Source of the DNA: Sporopachydermia quercuum
Taxonomy: Eukaryota
Assembly (NCBI GenBank): GCA_001599295.1
Contig: BCGN01000006.1
Coordinates: 1,116,001 to 1,180,000, forward strand
DNA: 64,000 nt
Reading direction: 5' to 3'
Part shown: positions 48,942 to 61,960 of the stretch, piece after piece
How positions within the stretch are numbered: position 1 is the stretch's first letter
Layout: each line of letters starts with the position of its first letter
The notes under the pieces: generated by a model
What the model was told of the DNA's origin: nothing
The model's database searches: none
What the model saw: the letters and a program-made list of their open reading frames with translations, nothing else
Position numbers and translations under genes: made by a program

Positions 48942-49510
48942 AGATTGACAATAGATGAGAAGGAGATTAAGGCGAGATTGGGATGAGATACGATGTGATA
49001 GGATAAAGAGAAGTTACATAATGTATATACATGTGGTTTATATATTGTATATACAAGTTCATTGCAGTGGTTTGGTTATTACACATATTTCGGAAGATTC
49101 CACAATTAGAAGGTTATTCATTATTATCTAAATTGTATACTTATATTTATTATATTTATATGTCTATTCTTAATTATCATACATATGTATTGTTTTCTTC
49201 TTTGTTTACCTTTTTTTCAACAGCATTTATTACTCCACTCTATGCTGGTGTTCCATCCCTTTCGTCGTCGTGCTTCTTGTCATTCCTGAAAAGCTATTTC
49301 TTCCTATTTCTACATATTTGTTATATACAAATGTTCACATATAAATATCAAGCATTGGGTTACATTCAATTTCATATTCGGGGTTTTATCTACTGTTCCC
49401 ATTCATTACTCTATTCATGTTTTATCCACATTCTAAATATCCAATATGTTCAATGGCTCGCCATGCCAGTAAGTGGATAAATCTTACAATTGATTCACCA
49501 CAATAGTCCA

Positions 49511-50729
49511 TCATAATAAACCATATTTTTCCTTATCAAAATGTTCTAATGACTGTAGAATCTCCCCTCTATCAGCAATAATCGCATGTTCCTCACCATT
49601 AAGAGCTTTCAAGGCTCCTTCGTGAGGNACCCATATAACTGTGCAGCCTGCTAGCTTTCCTGCTTCTACTCCGGCGACGCCATCTTCAAATACTAAGCAT
49701 TCTTCAGGTTCTATGGTTTCTAAGCCAAGCTCCTGAATTTCTTTATTCAGACTTTCCAACGCAGCAAACCAAATATCAGGAAATGGTTTTCCTCGACCTC
49801 TAGGTACCCTTGGGTCGTCTCCTACAACTATATGCTCACCAAAGAGATTGAATCCATGCTTCAAATGAGCTGTTTTTAGGTCAAAGTTTCTTTTCTGGGA
49901 GGACGTTGCTAAAGCAAATGGAATACCCTTTTCTTTCAGGTAAGTTAGCAGTTCCAAAGCACCAGGAAGAAATTCGACGTTTGACCAGATCTCAGTCTAT
50001 AAAATGAGAGTCTTTTGTTAGTAAGAGCGGAAGAACAGGATAGGTTGTTTAACATTATAATAACATACCTGTATTTTAGTAGTCCTTGCAAATAGTTCAA
50101 GAGGATCTAAAGGCAGGTCATATGATTCAATCAGCACTTTAGTAGCCTGAAGAAAAGTTAGTATATGGAACTCCAGGTAGTGGTAGCATGTAAAGCACTG
50201 GTCTTTCATTCTGCTTTAATCAGCAGCAATTGGTTGATCCATATTGGCAGAAAATGGTTCCTTTTTCAAATAGTTCAATTCGTACCTCTGGTCCTGGTCT
50301 TCCTTGCAGTTTGATTTTGACGTCCCAAGATAAAGGACCCTTTCCATACTCTTTCAGTACTTCATTGGTGGCCATTGTATACATCTCCTCAGAGTTGATC
50401 AAGAGACCATCCATGTCTATATCAGAAAATAGGTGTTAGATATTGGGTGGGGCTTATTATAGGAACATATCCATAAAATTAGCTAAAATATGGTAAAACA
50501 TACCAAAAAGACAGGCTTTTATTTGTCTATACACGTGTTAGTTATGTTTAATGGCAAGGCATAGCAAAGACAAAGTTGCTATTACTAGCGACAAGATAAT
50601 GATAATAGGATCAAAGTATGGGGACTATTGGGAATACAGAACTCGATGTTGAATGTTTAGTGAATAACTAAATACATATAAATGTATTATGATCCCAGAT
50701 TGTTTGTTTTATACATACTTTGTAACCAT
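49511..50729 (-). CDS. HAD-superfamily pseudouridine-5'-phosphatase (YKL033W-A/HDHD1-like); 5 exons (50729-50719, 50526-50504, 50416-50286, 50146-50069, 49996-49511)
   Basis: Spliced product MVTKQIKACLFDMDGLLINSE..LQGRPGPEA..FLPGALELL..ATSS..GKPFPDIW..VFEDG. All four introns have GT..branch..AG with consistent phases. Confidence 0.9.
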
Positions 50730-51364
50730 GGTGAGCAGCAAAAGAATCGAGCTGTACCAATTAAGCAAGATCAATAATCAGTATTGTAGCCCGTGAATCA
50801 ATCATGAAACTCTACTTTTAACTCTACTTTCTAGTGATCATAAGCAGTAACAAGCTGAGTGCTTCATCTCCAATATCATCAATAGTTAACTCGCTCAATA
50901 TCTGAATAGTTCTGATCTATTAAATTTACTCAACGGAGAAAGATCAAACTGAGTGTCATAAGAATAATAACGAATCCTTGGATTTCTAATGCCCGATTAA
51001 GAAGCGAACGGTCACGTGGAGTGTTTCCCAATTTGGATGTAAGTCCCATATGAGGGGTGAGATGATAATATACTTATTATTGGCATCGATAACATCCGCT
51101 AGATGGTACAGGTATTCATCGTATTGGTACTATGTAGTATCCAACTATTGATTGCTGTCAAATATTGTCATAATCGTATATTGAGTCTCATGAAGTGGTA
51201 TTTAAATGGTATATAAGTGTGCATAGGAGTGTGTATATGAGTCTAAGCATGAGTATTAGGGTAAGTATAGGTTGGAATGACCTGGTAATCAGTTATAGCT
51301 GACACCTTCCCCCCTAGAGTAACATAATACTTTGCTGTCCTCCCTACGATTTCCTTTCATTAGA

Positions 51365-53983
51365 TTATAGAGGAGGTAATGGAGTTCTGCACACAGGACA
51401 TTGAAGTTTATACTTCATCCAAGCCTCTAAGCATTCAGTATGGAAGATATGACGGCACGGAGCAACCATATAATGACGTCTTGCTAAAACGTTTGTTGCC
51501 AAGTCAGGATTGATTAGGGATGTTGACTCATCTTCTGTAATTGATGTAGCATAAGGATTTGATGATACTGATTCTCTGTCGTGGGTATGACCATGGTGGT
51601 GGTCAGCATTATTTGAAGATACCACAACCAGGTTCACTTGGTTCATACAAATAGGACAATCCACTTGATATTTCCCAGTAATCCTATCCCGCTTCACTTG
51701 GGTTCCTCCTGTGAGTTCTCCAGGTTGATTTACCCCGTCTGTCTTATCGTTCTCCTGTGTATTGATTGAAGTGTTATCAAGTTTCATAGTATCCTTATCT
51801 GTACCTGTATTGCTGTCACTGAATTCTATGCCAAAGCCGTTCTTAAGATCGTCCTCTGTTAAAACCGGATGGTAGTCGTAGGACTTGGGTAATAATGTAT
51901 CAGGCAAGAAGAATCTAGGTCCGAAAATTTCTTGCAATGCCAACACTGTTATTTGAGCAGTATACAAAAATACAATCAATACTGCCATATAAACATCCCT
52001 TCTATGTGATAGAGAGTTGTGAATATCTAAACAAAGATACAGGATAATGCTTGTACGGATAATACTAGTACCGAGAATGAACTCCCATCGGAATGATCTT
52101 CGGCTTCCTCGTTTAGAGTTGCGGCAGATCTGGGGAATCCATATGGAGTTGAGAATGATCATCATCACGTACTCATAGAAGTATCTAGCTGCTTTGGGCC
52201 ATGTTAAAACATTGAGTAGAATAAAAATATTCACTATCAGAGCAAAGTTGAATCTGGAATAAACTGTTCCTGCCATTTGTTGCTCGTCAATAATTGGAGG
52301 CCCTTGGTTAACTGGCGCAGGAGTGAAAGCATTTGTTGTATTGCCTGTTCCGTCAGCAGTATCATTGTTGTTATTGTCAGCATTGTTGTCAGTATTCATA
52401 GCTCTCTCTACAGCATTTAGAGCTTCATTGGCTTCTGCTGAACGTTCATTCAGTTGAGCAGTACTGACAAGAATCATGTATCTCATTTCAAACACTGAAG
52501 CAAGAGTAAAACATAAAAATGCTCCAGCAATCAAAGGAATGAACATTCTATCAAAGAATATAGACGATAGTAGCAACATTATGCATAACGAGCCATCAAC
52601 AAAGGAAATGAGAATCAAAGTCCAGAAGCTAAGCCTCGACATGCTTGACTGGGTATTAGCATCATTCATCTGTCTAATAAACAGAAATATTTGTCCCAAA
52701 ATCAGTATTAAAAATAAAAGCATGCTGTTTGATGCTTGATTCCAAAATACCTCTGATCTTAGGCCTTCTGCTATATCTATATTGACGACAATCCCACAAT
52801 CTGGGGAATAAAGCACCCCTGACAGTGTGATTGGGGGCATTTTAGTATGAGGTCTTCCTAGAGGAAGTTCAAGTTCATCGTCAATCTGTTGCATTTCGCT
52901 GTTGGTGATATTTGCTGCGTAGGTATGTAGAAACGCGATATATTCGCATTTCTGGCTGTCTTTCATTGCTGCAGCCAAATCGTCCCTCGTAATTTCCCTC
53001 TCCATTTTATCAAGTGTTCTGTTCAGTCTTGAAACAAACAGTTGCTGAGATAACTCAAAATTATGTTCACTAAGGGTGAAATGGGGCAGTCCATAGACGC
53101 CAGCAAACTTCAGGGAGGATGTCGTTGCTATTATATTGCCATTCTCATGAAAATGTATTCCTTGGAAGCCAAGCCTATGCGTGTAGATCTCATGTTCATC
53201 CGTAATTGTGATTTCAATTCCAATGTATGAAGCATCTTTCTTGATGCTGCTTATTGGCGATACAGCACTTGACCCACCGCCAGGTTCAGCATCAGAATCT
53301 TTGGGCTTTAAATCCAAAGGTGAATAAATGTCGTATAAATCAATTTTGACGTTTCCATTTTGCTCGGTAATGTTCCCTACTTTAAATTTCATTCCACCCC
53401 AATCGTCATCGTCGTCTTCTTCATCATCGCCTCCATCATTCTTATCACCATTTAAGCCTCCTAACATCAATCTTTCTTGGATGAAAAAATCAGGGTCGTT
53501 CATTGGTATCACAGTGAAATTTTCCTGGCTTAATTCCCACTTACCTTTAATTGTACCCGTTATATTTTTGAAGAAAGAATGCTCTGGTTCTTTTTTATGT
53601 TTTTCAGCAATCCTGAGTGAATCGCTGTCTCTGATCTCTTTAACTATATCATTTTCCAGTTCAAATACATCATGTGCCAATTCCTGGACCTCTTCAGGTA
53701 GTAGATCTAGCTTTCCAAGCTGTTTAGAGCCATCAAACTTCTCAGTATCATTTTGACCATTTAGGGCATCGTCATAACTTAGTCGAAATCCAGTTAGATT
53801 TCCATAACCTGTTTGGTATGTGGAATTCATTAAAATATCTCTTTGATAGTTCTCTAGTTCCATGAATTTTTTCACTTGTCTTTGTTCTCTGACAGTTCCA
53901 CCAACTGAATCTGTCACAGGAACTGGTAACATGAACGTGATTAGGAAAATGAGCAGTATAACTGTCCCTCTGTTGATTTCCAT
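51365..53983 (-). CDS. TUL1: Dsc complex transmembrane RING E3 ligase Tul1
   Basis: Signal peptide, lumenal domain (YGNLTGFRLSY, LYSPDCG), about 7 TMs (WIPQI, FGPRFFLP..YDYHP), and C-terminal RING-H2 CPICM..PCRHIFHTECLEAWMKYKLQCPVCR. Confidence 0.93.
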   Translation of the reverse strand: MEINRGTVILLIFLITFMLPVPVTDSVGGTVREQRQVKKFMELENYQRDILMNSTYQTGYGNLTGFRLSYDDALNGQNDTEKFDGSKQLGKLDLLPEEVQELAHDVFELENDIVKEIRDSDSLRIAEKHKKEPEHSFFKNITGTIKGKWELSQENFTVIPMNDPDFFIQERLMLGGLNGDKNDGGDDEEDDDDDWGGMKFKVGNITEQNGNVKIDLYDIYSPLDLKPKDSDAEPGGGSSAVSPISSIKKDASYIGIEITITDEHEIYTHRLGFQGIHFHENGNIIATTSSLKFAGVYGLPHFTLSEHNFELSQQLFVSRLNRTLDKMEREITRDDLAAAMKDSQKCEYIAFLHTYAANITNSEMQQIDDELELPLGRPHTKMPPITLSGVLYSPDCGIVVNIDIAEGLRSEVFWNQASNSMLLFLILILGQIFLFIRQMNDANTQSSMSRLSFWTLILISFVDGSLCIMLLLSSIFFDRMFIPLIAGAFLCFTLASVFEMRYMILVSTAQLNERSAEANEALNAVERAMNTDNNADNNNNDTADGTGNTTNAFTPAPVNQGPPIIDEQQMAGTVYSRFNFALIVNIFILLNVLTWPKAARYFYEYVMMIILNSIWIPQICRNSKRGSRRSFRWEFILGTSIIRTSIILYLCLDIHNSLSHRRDVYMAVLIVFLYTAQITVLALQEIFGPRFFLPDTLLPKSYDYHPVLTEDDLKNGFGIEFSDSNTGTDKDTMKLDNTSINTQENDKTDGVNQPGELTGGTQVKRDRITGKYQVDCPICMNQVNLVVVSSNNADHHHGHTHDRESVSSNPYATSITEDESTSLINPDLATNVLARRHYMVAPCRHIFHTECLEAWMKYKLQCPVCRTPLPPL

Positions 53984-55649
53984 TTTGATATCTTTATGAT
54001 TTATACAGCGTAAGGAGTTATAATGTATACATGTTTGTGTTATAAGAAATATGGGTAACGGGATAATGTTATGTCTGTATTGTTGGGATTATTCTTGTCG
54101 TTGTAATTCTTCTGGAAAGCTGGCCATAGATCAATTATTATATACTATGCGGAGCACAGGAAGAGGTAATTCTTGAGAAAGAGGAATGACCTGATATAAA
54201 AGAAACAAAAGCTTCGACTATTTTTTTTTCTCTATTTCCTGTCACACGTTATCTATCACTTGCTATAATGTTGATTATAAAAAATAATCTCTAGACTCAG
54301 TCTGATTGGCTTTCTTATCGTCGTTCGCCTTCTTGGATTCCTTACCTCTATCTCATGTAATCGTGCAAACTTCTATCAAACTGACTGCTCTATCTATATG
54401 ATTTGGTCATTCACAGATCCTTTTCTCTACCTCTCAGTAATTATATATCAAACAAGCAACTGCTACAAGGTGTATAACTAGATGTGTCGTAAGTTATAAT
54501 TATATGAGATGTTGTTCTGTGAACATGAAGAGAAGACTAACACAAACATTAACTTGTTTTGTCATTAAATATCAGGACATATGCTCAACGGAACGAGATA
54601 TGAGGTATGCAAGAAAAACTGCCCAAATGATGATTTAGCGGGAACTCTGTTGAGGCCTTAGATAGGTGAATTGAATTTCATTTTCGATAATATATAATAT
54701 GAAGAATTTATTTTGATTCATTTATACCGGTTAGTCAGTTGGTTGCTTAAATAGAGAGAAAAAAGATGGGTTGCTTGAGTAAGAATTGCAACTCTGATCT
54801 TACAGCAGAGTTTGAGTTTACTTCAGGTGTAACGCTCAAGCTGTGACGAAAGCTGTAGATAATTATTATAAGAATACAGAGAGGTATCTTGCCAAGTAGA
54901 CGAGATATCAGTTGCGAAGTTGCAATGCCAGTCATCTACGTAGGTTCAATGCCAATATCATTGAAGTAAAGCTGATGTAATGATCAGCGTGGGAAAAATG
55001 GCAACAATGTAAGTTATCAGATCCCAATAACAATAAATCAAGTACATCCAACATTGTTGCAACTTTTTCATTTCTCAGAATGACATGAACAATCACATCC
55101 GTCTAATGATCACTCAATTAGTCTTTCGACTGTTTAGATAGTCCGCTGAGCATGTTGTGTATCCATCTTTTATTGTGTTTGTTCATTCACGTTTACTTAC
55201 ACGCAGACCACACATCATTTAACTTCCTGCTTATATTAAAACACCAGAATTATATTATATCAAACGATTAATAAAACCAAAGGGAACCCAAAATACAATT
55301 CAAAAACTAACCCATATCCTTAGTGATTATGATTATGATTATAATGACAACGACAACAACAATAGCAAACAACAAATAACTAGCAATAACAATAATAATA
55401 ATAAAGATGTATCAATCAATTGAAGATTCAATCATTATACAAAGCAACTTTTCTCATCACCCATTATTTCTGTATTCTCGGCAGTCGTAAATACTAATAC
55501 TAGATTAAATTTAATCATCACTTTTAACGTCAGCGAAAAGTATCAATTCACATAGCAAGCAGGAGACATGACATGAAGAAAGAATTATCAAAATTCATTC
55601 AGTCTTCTACTATATTATAAGATTACTGTAATAAACCATGGTTAGATTC

Positions 55650-56594
55650 TTACAGATTCTTCTTCTGAGATTGAGCTGCTCTGGCAGCTCTCTTGGCGGC
55701 TTTAGCCTTCATTCTTTCTTCTCTTTCTTTCTTGGCTTCAGGGCCAGCTTCAGTATCTAAAACATAATCCCACCATCTGAATGAAGAGGCATAGTTGCCA
55801 ATGAAGTAGTGATGATGTAAATCGTGATGATCGGCACCAGCCCAGAAAGGAATGAAATGGTGTAAAGACCATGGGAATTCATAGCCAGAGTGAGCATCAA
55901 CTGCTTGGAATAATCTTCCAGCAACCCATAGGCACACAGTGACCAAATGCAAGTTCTTTGAGAAATAACCATAAACAATTGGTAAACCGACAGTGCCAAA
56001 ACCTAAGGCAGCAACTTCAACAGGATGTGCGTATTCAGCAGTCATACCAAAAGGAGCGGCATACTTATGATGTTGCTTATGGATATATTTGTAAAAGGGT
56101 CCATAGTGGAAAAGACGATGAAAAGCATAATGCCAGGCATCTTCCAAAACGAAAAACAAAGCAATTTGTAGAGCAACAGTGGTCCAGGCCGGGAAAGGAA
56201 CACCAACTTGTATACCAACGACATTACAAATTGGATGGAACAACCAAATAGGAACAGCTTCAACAAGAAAATGTGACTTCAAAACTTCAACAAGACATTC
56301 AAGTTGTTCGGCATCAGAAATGACCTTGTTAGCTTGAATCTTATACTTTCTAAAATAAGGCATGTGATCAATAATGTACCATGGTAAAGATCTTCCAAAG
56401 TACAAGACTTCATGGAAAATGAAGAACATGATACCTGTTGCCAGTATATCATTGCTCATATAAGCATAATAGGAAGCCCAAAGTTGCTCGAAAACGTTTA
56501 GCTGAGATTGTGTCGTCACAACATTTTGGTATGTCTCCATAAATGTTGGAGCAGCGATGTTGGTCGCGTTGAACACAGCAGTTGGGGATTCCAT
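55650..56594 (-). CDS. ERG25: C-4 methylsterol oxidase
   Basis: His boxes [14 protein letters not shown] and [24 protein letters not shown]-terminal KKxx ER-retrieval signal (KKNL). Confidence 0.96.
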   Translation of the reverse strand: MESPTAVFNATNIAAPTFMETYQNVVTTQSQLNVFEQLWASYYAYMSNDILATGIMFFIFHEVLYFGRSLPWYIIDHMPYFRKYKIQANKVISDAEQLECLVEVLKSHFLVEAVPIWLFHPICNVVGIQVGVPFPAWTTVALQIALFFVLEDAWHYAFHRLFHYGPFYKYIHKQHHKYAAPFGMTAEYAHPVEVAALGFGTVGLPIVYGYFSKNLHLVTVCLWVAGRLFQAVDAHSGYEFPWSLHHFIPFWAGADHHDLHHHYFIGNYASSFRWWDYVLDTEAGPEAKKEREERMKAKAAKRAARAAQSQKKNL

Positions 56595-57440
56595 GATGAA
56601 CGAGTGAAAAAAGCTGAGCTTCTGGGAATCGTTTATAATGTATATTTAATCAAATCTAGGATGACAATCTATCTTCACTTGCAAAAACTTATCACCACTA
56701 TTATTAGTAGTTCTGATGGAATTCTATAGTGCGCAAATTAAGTCTATATGAATAACGCTTCACGAACCGCAACAAACAGAAAACAATGCCAGAGCTTTTT
56801 GTGATTCCAAGATACAAGTCTACAAGTCTTGAAGAAATATATAACTTGGTGAGAGTATCTGCAATCCCTTAATCCAACCTTGTTGTTCTCTATATTTTCT
56901 ATCTATATCTATAAGGCATCAAGGTTTTTCAACAATAAATGCAAGTATCGAAATCAGAAGGGGTACTACTTGTTTTAAATAACGTATTGAAGGATTCCTA
57001 CCAGGTTGGCCCATATAAAAAATAATCTCACCATACTTTAAATAAACGCCTCGAAATAAAGTTTGGACTTTCAGCCATTTGGGGATTTAGGTTTATACTA
57101 TAACAGAAAATATAAATAGTTCTACAATGATTGTTGATGGATGTAACTGAATAGATGAATGGAAAATGATGACTTGAAGGTAAATAAATAAGCGACTTAT
57201 AGTAATTAGATATAAATTCTGGGGATTATTGGTTAATAGTTTCAACGGTACTAAGAAAACGATTCTATCAACAGTCCAGCAGGCTCATGTGAGCTTCCCG
57301 TGGATAAGGTGAAAATGAGCCTACACTATGGGCAGAGCCTCGCATAATTCTGCATTAGATTGTAGGCAATTGTATTGCCTCATTACCTTTTTCTAACCAG
57401 AGGCTGCATGAATCAAACATAAAATGTGCAGTAAACACGG

Positions 57441-57590
57441 TCGTATTTGTCGTTTAATAACAAAGTTGGTGTGGTAATCTGTTTTCGGATATAATAATCG
57501 AACCACAGTAAGGGTTACGGGTGTAGCATCTCAACCCGTACGACGTATACGAGGCCCTCAGCAATATGAATGATTCCGTTTGCTCGTATG
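57441..57590. promoter_or_regulatory. Cluster of Upc2/Ecm22-type sterol response element-like motifs upstream of ERG25
   Basis: TCGTATA on the minus strand at 57546-57552, with variants TCGTATT (57441), TCGTTTA (57450) and TCGTATG (57584). Confidence 0.5.
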
Positions 57591-57827
57591 TTACTGAAAT
57601 TAACTGTGACAAGATAATGAGGTGCTAGTTATGTAGATATATAAAGTGAGGACGAGGATGAGGATGAGGAGATGATGCTTTTAATTTCAGGACAGGTGAA
57701 TGATGTAATTATTATCTAAAAGCTATATTAAATATATTAACAATTCTGTTTGATTTATCGAATTACTATGTATAGAAGATGTGTAGCATCAGTATTCAAG
57801 GTAAGGATAGTGTATGTCTCAAAGTGG

Positions 57828-58606
57828 TGACTCAGATGTGCAATATCAGAGATTAGATGAATGATAGCCTTTCTTAAAATCACAGGGTAGATGATAAGGA
57901 AACTATGAAATTCACGTGATTTTGGTCGGTAGTTTACCTCATTATGGCTGTTGCTGAATAGAATATCAAAATACGTAGTTTCCGTAGATAAACAAATCGT
58001 CAAATTGTTCAAAGCGCTCTAATGAAAGTTATTTTAAAACAAAATAAATACAATAAGCTATTAGAATAAAATTCCAGTGGTCATTGCTTGAAGCATAAAT
58101 TATCCTTGTTGTATCGTAAAGATACGAGAACGATGTTTGTAGTAGTTAGTTCTTTGTTGCTAGTTATTCTTTGAATCAATGGAAGTTTATATCAACAAAC
58201 GGCATCATAACTCTATATTTAAATATTTTCTGTTGATATTCTAAAAAGAAATTGAGTTAACTAGTAGAAATTTCCCTCGTTGTTAATCCTATCTACATGC
58301 TAATCCTCTAATCACCAATCAAAGCCCTAGGTGTAACAATGACATAAGGTAAAACCGGTTCACGTGAGCGATCACATGAACAAGAAATGCTATAAGGATT
58401 TGCTTATTAATAGCTACCTTTCTATTGGATGTCAGAGATATGAACCACGTGATCGTATTACCCAAAGAGGATATAGTCGACTCATCTCATCTGGATTGGT
58501 AGCGATGAGATGTTAAATAAGATAAATGAATTATTATAAATATGTTCAAATATATCCAGTTAGTACCAGAGAGAAAGGTGGTATAAATATATATATGCAT
58601 TTGCTC
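57828..58606. promoter_or_regulatory. Candidate TF sites upstream of the metallothionein gene
   Basis: TGACTCA at 57828; TCACGTGA at 57912 and 58360; CACGTG at 58446; TATAAA boxes near 58535 and 58582; TTTGCTC at 58600. Confidence 0.4.
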
Positions 58607-58744
58607 TTGAGGCTTTGAATCATCTTGGATTATCTCATTTTCATGCACAATCTTGGCAATAATCAACTGATTGATCCATTAACATAACAACAGATCACAT
58701 ATAAATAACCAAATCAAATCGTTATCTCAATTCTAATAGTAACA

Positions 58745-58981
58745 ATGGCTGGAACTGAATGTTGCAATAAATCTACTGCTAATACTTGCGTGTGTGCTCG
58801 AGAAGCTAAATGTTCATGCGGGGCCCAAGCCGCTCAGCATTGCACTTGCGAAAAGGCTCCTGTTGAAAACGTGAAACCTCAAGGAAAGTCATGTTCATGT
58901 GGTATGCGAAATGCCAATGAATGTACTTGCTCCCGAGCTGCTGAAGAAAATACTGAAATAGATTTCACATACTCTAAATAA
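58745..58981 (+). CDS. CRD2: Crd2-type fungal metallothionein (78 aa)
   Basis: CVC, CSCG, CTC, CSCG and CTC motifs with a VEN linker and EIDFT C-terminus, matching the Candida Crd2 pattern. Confidence 0.85.
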   Translation: MAGTECCNKSTANTCVCAREAKCSCGAQAAQHCTCEKAPVENVKPQGKSCSCGMRNANECTCSRAAEENTEIDFTYSK

Positions 58982-60246
58982 TTTGTCATTCATCACATTT
59001 GATTACTTGAACTAATAATAATGTGCTAGCCGTTGCTAGTTGAATGTTTCAGTGTTGAAGTTGAAGGATGATCTCTGATTTAAATGAGGAGAGTCAGGAT
59101 CATCAGTGTACTATAGTTGTTTTTGCGTCCTCTAATGTATCGTGTGTATTCAAAACATATGAACATCAAAATTGAGATTATTTTGTCTTTACAGTCATTT
59201 AGAGATCGGGAGTTTGAATATGTAGGATGAAACTGGTTATCCGATAGCGTTACTCTGTCTATACGTTTGTTCACTTTGAAGTACACATCTGGGGTATGAT
59301 AGGCTGCCCATTTCCTGTGCATATAAAAATGATCTCCTACCTATTATTCACTCACTGAAATAGAGAACATCCTCGATATAAGAAGTCCAGATATAGTACA
59401 TTTAATTTCCTTTAAAAATGTTTGATACTCCTGTCAGTAGGAGCAATTACTCATCGGCATCATTTTTCAAATAAAGTTACATATTTGCTCAACTTTTACC
59501 AAATACTCTCATAGCAAGCCTTTGATATTTTCATCATTGATTCATTCTTATAAGAAATTTCAAATCTCTTGGTTCTTGATGTGTAGCATCTTACCTTTAG
59601 AAAGAAATGCTCAGTGCCTGATCCAAAATGCTATTCATAACAATGGCGATATTGATACGAAAGACCTTATCTACCAGCACTGATTTATTTCTCTTCCGTA
59701 CTCCCCCAACCACTATAAAGAAACTCAAAAATCAATCAGATCCCCTGTTTTGGTACTCTATCTCCTTTCTCCATCCTTTTCCGTTCACGTCATCTTAATT
59801 AACTCAAATCCCTTATCTCCAATAGCTCCGAGACAGCAGTTCCGCCGTTTTCTCATATGAAAATGAGATCGATGAGCCATCCACAATAATGTTATTATTC
59901 TTACATTGAGTTTTCAGTGGCGTTACATGATATTCTATTTATTCATGAAGAATAAAGAGGCTTAGGAGATGTCGTGATGTAGGAAGAATTCAAATAGTGG
60001 CGACAAGTTTACTTTTAGTATTTATTATCTATAGATGCCATCTCAAATGGCTTAAGTGTTGGAGAAACCATAATTTGGTGTTTTTGGTTCAATGATCTGT
60101 AGATCGTACCTTTTATTGACTCAAGGACTTACTGAAACGGTTGAAAACATATAAAAATTTAGATTTATCAGTGTTTAATTGAGAATAGTAGAAATCTGTT
60201 GAGGTAAAAATAACTCAGCCCATGCGTTTAAGTATAAACCGTCGAG

Positions 60247-61617
60247 ATGACAAAAGTCAGTGAAAAGAATGTCGATAATCTATCAGAAGCTGTTGACACA
60301 GTTGAACATGGCACAAGATTACCGCCACTAACCTTCAAAGAATCGCTTAATGAATGGTTCAAAGGCTCATCTTTAGCTACAGCTGAAGAGCAAGTGTTAT
60401 CAATTCTTCCGTTTTATCCTGATCCTGACAGTACCAGAAAAGCATCGTTGCTCAAGGTTGATATTGGTGATAAAAACTGGATCAATGAGTTTTGTATCGA
60501 GAATACTGATGCTCCTTCAGGTGAGCTGAATGGTTGTAAAGATTTAGTCATGCTTCATGGATATGGAGCCGCCCTTGGTTTCTTTGTAAGAAACTTAGAT
60601 GATTTGTCTTCAACTAAAGGTANTGTTGTTCATGCACTAGATATGCTCGGGTATGGTTTATCGGCTAGACCTAAGCTGAGTGTACCAACTGTAGCAACGC
60701 CGCCGATAAACATTATTTCGGCGAAAGGTGATCCTAAAAGCAGATCGGAATCACCTGATGATGCTCTATTGCAATTTGATGTTAAAAAGTTCAAGAGCAT
60801 GAGAAAAGACACTTTAACAATGGTGACAGAAACTGAAAACTTTTTCATTGATTCTATTGAGAAATGGAGAGAGGAACGTGGAATTCAGAAATTTAACCTT
60901 TTAGGCCATTCAATGGGAGGTTATTTGTCTGTCGCATATGCATTAAAATACCCTGAACGAGTTGATAAGCTAATATTGGTTTCTCCCGTTGGCGTTGAAA
61001 GAAGTTTCCTATCCATAAATTCACCTTATATGAATGGAAAAGGTGACAATAATGAAGATAAAGATGGCATTGTTACTATAAAACCAAGTGCAGACCCTTC
61101 TAGCTATAATTTCACTGGCAGATACCTGTCTGCTCCTGGATGGTTTAACAAAGCATGGGATAAACATATGTCTCCATTCACTTTATTAAGGTTAATGGGT
61201 CCTTGGGGACCCAAATTTGTTAGCCGATGGTCGCATTATCGTTTTGGTAGAAATTTGGATGAAATTGAAGATCTGAAGGAAGTTAAGATTTTACATCATT
61301 ATTCGTATAAATCTTTCATATCTAAGAGTTCTGGTGAGTATGGAATTTCTAGACTATTAGCACCTGGTTTATTAGCTAGGAATCCGATACTAGATAGAAT
61401 AAATGGGTTGAGAATACCAACTCTATGGCTTTATGGAGATGATGATTGGATGAATGCAGGAGCTGGTGAATCTGCTGTCAGGCAGTTAAATTCAAGAGAA
61501 GGTTTGGGTTATGGTAAAGCTTCATTTGCTTTAGTTAGCAATGCTGGTCATAATTTATTTCTAGATAATGCTAGAAGATTTAATGGGTTGGTTTTGAAAT
61601 TTCTTGGATGGAGGTGA
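60247..61617 (+). CDS. Alpha/beta-hydrolase of the ABHD4/5-Ict1/Ecm18/Cld1 family (lipase/LPA acyltransferase)
   Basis: HGYGAALG, DMLGYGLSARP, GHSMGG nucleophile elbow, YGDDDWM, and AGHNLFLDN (HX4D). Confidence 0.85.
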   Translation: MTKVSEKNVDNLSEAVDTVEHGTRLPPLTFKESLNEWFKGSSLATAEEQVLSILPFYPDPDSTRKASLLKVDIGDKNWINEFCIENTDAPSGELNGCKDLVMLHGYGAALGFFVRNLDDLSSTKGXVVHALDMLGYGLSARPKLSVPTVATPPINIISAKGDPKSRSESPDDALLQFDVKKFKSMRKDTLTMVTETENFFIDSIEKWREERGIQKFNLLGHSMGGYLSVAYALKYPERVDKLILVSPVGVERSFLSINSPYMNGKGDNNEDKDGIVTIKPSADPSSYNFTGRYLSAPGWFNKAWDKHMSPFTLLRLMGPWGPKFVSRWSHYRFGRNLDEIEDLKEVKILHHYSYKSFISKSSGEYGISRLLAPGLLARNPILDRINGLRIPTLWLYGDDDWMNAGAGESAVRQLNSREGLGYGKASFALVSNAGHNLFLDNARRFNGLVLKFLGWR

Positions 61618-61960
61618 TTACACTTGAATTTTATTAGTTCATGATGGAAGTGAAGTGTGTTTAAATACAGTATAATGATTTAATTTAATTGTTGGATAGA
61701 TACTTAATGCATACTGCACGATACATAGATTGTTAGATTGTTTTTTTTATATAACATAGCGATGCAACAGAATACAACGGAACACAACAGAATATGAGGG
61801 TTTCATTCTTCTGGCAGTTCTTTGTAGTTGGAGAATCAGTTTTTGATCTTTCTGTTCTGCAACTTCCAACAGTCAATCTATAAGATAATGATATATTATG
61901 AAATATAGTGATCTAATACTATTCTCAACAGCTTTTTTTATAAAACAGTGCTACATCTAC

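Noticed and set aside
51365..56594. TUL1-ERG25 as a sterol-regulation gene cluster
   Set aside because: The Dsc-SREBP link is established in fission yeast and filamentous fungi, but adjacency of two genes alone is not evidence, and the ERG25 promoter shows Upc2-type motifs.
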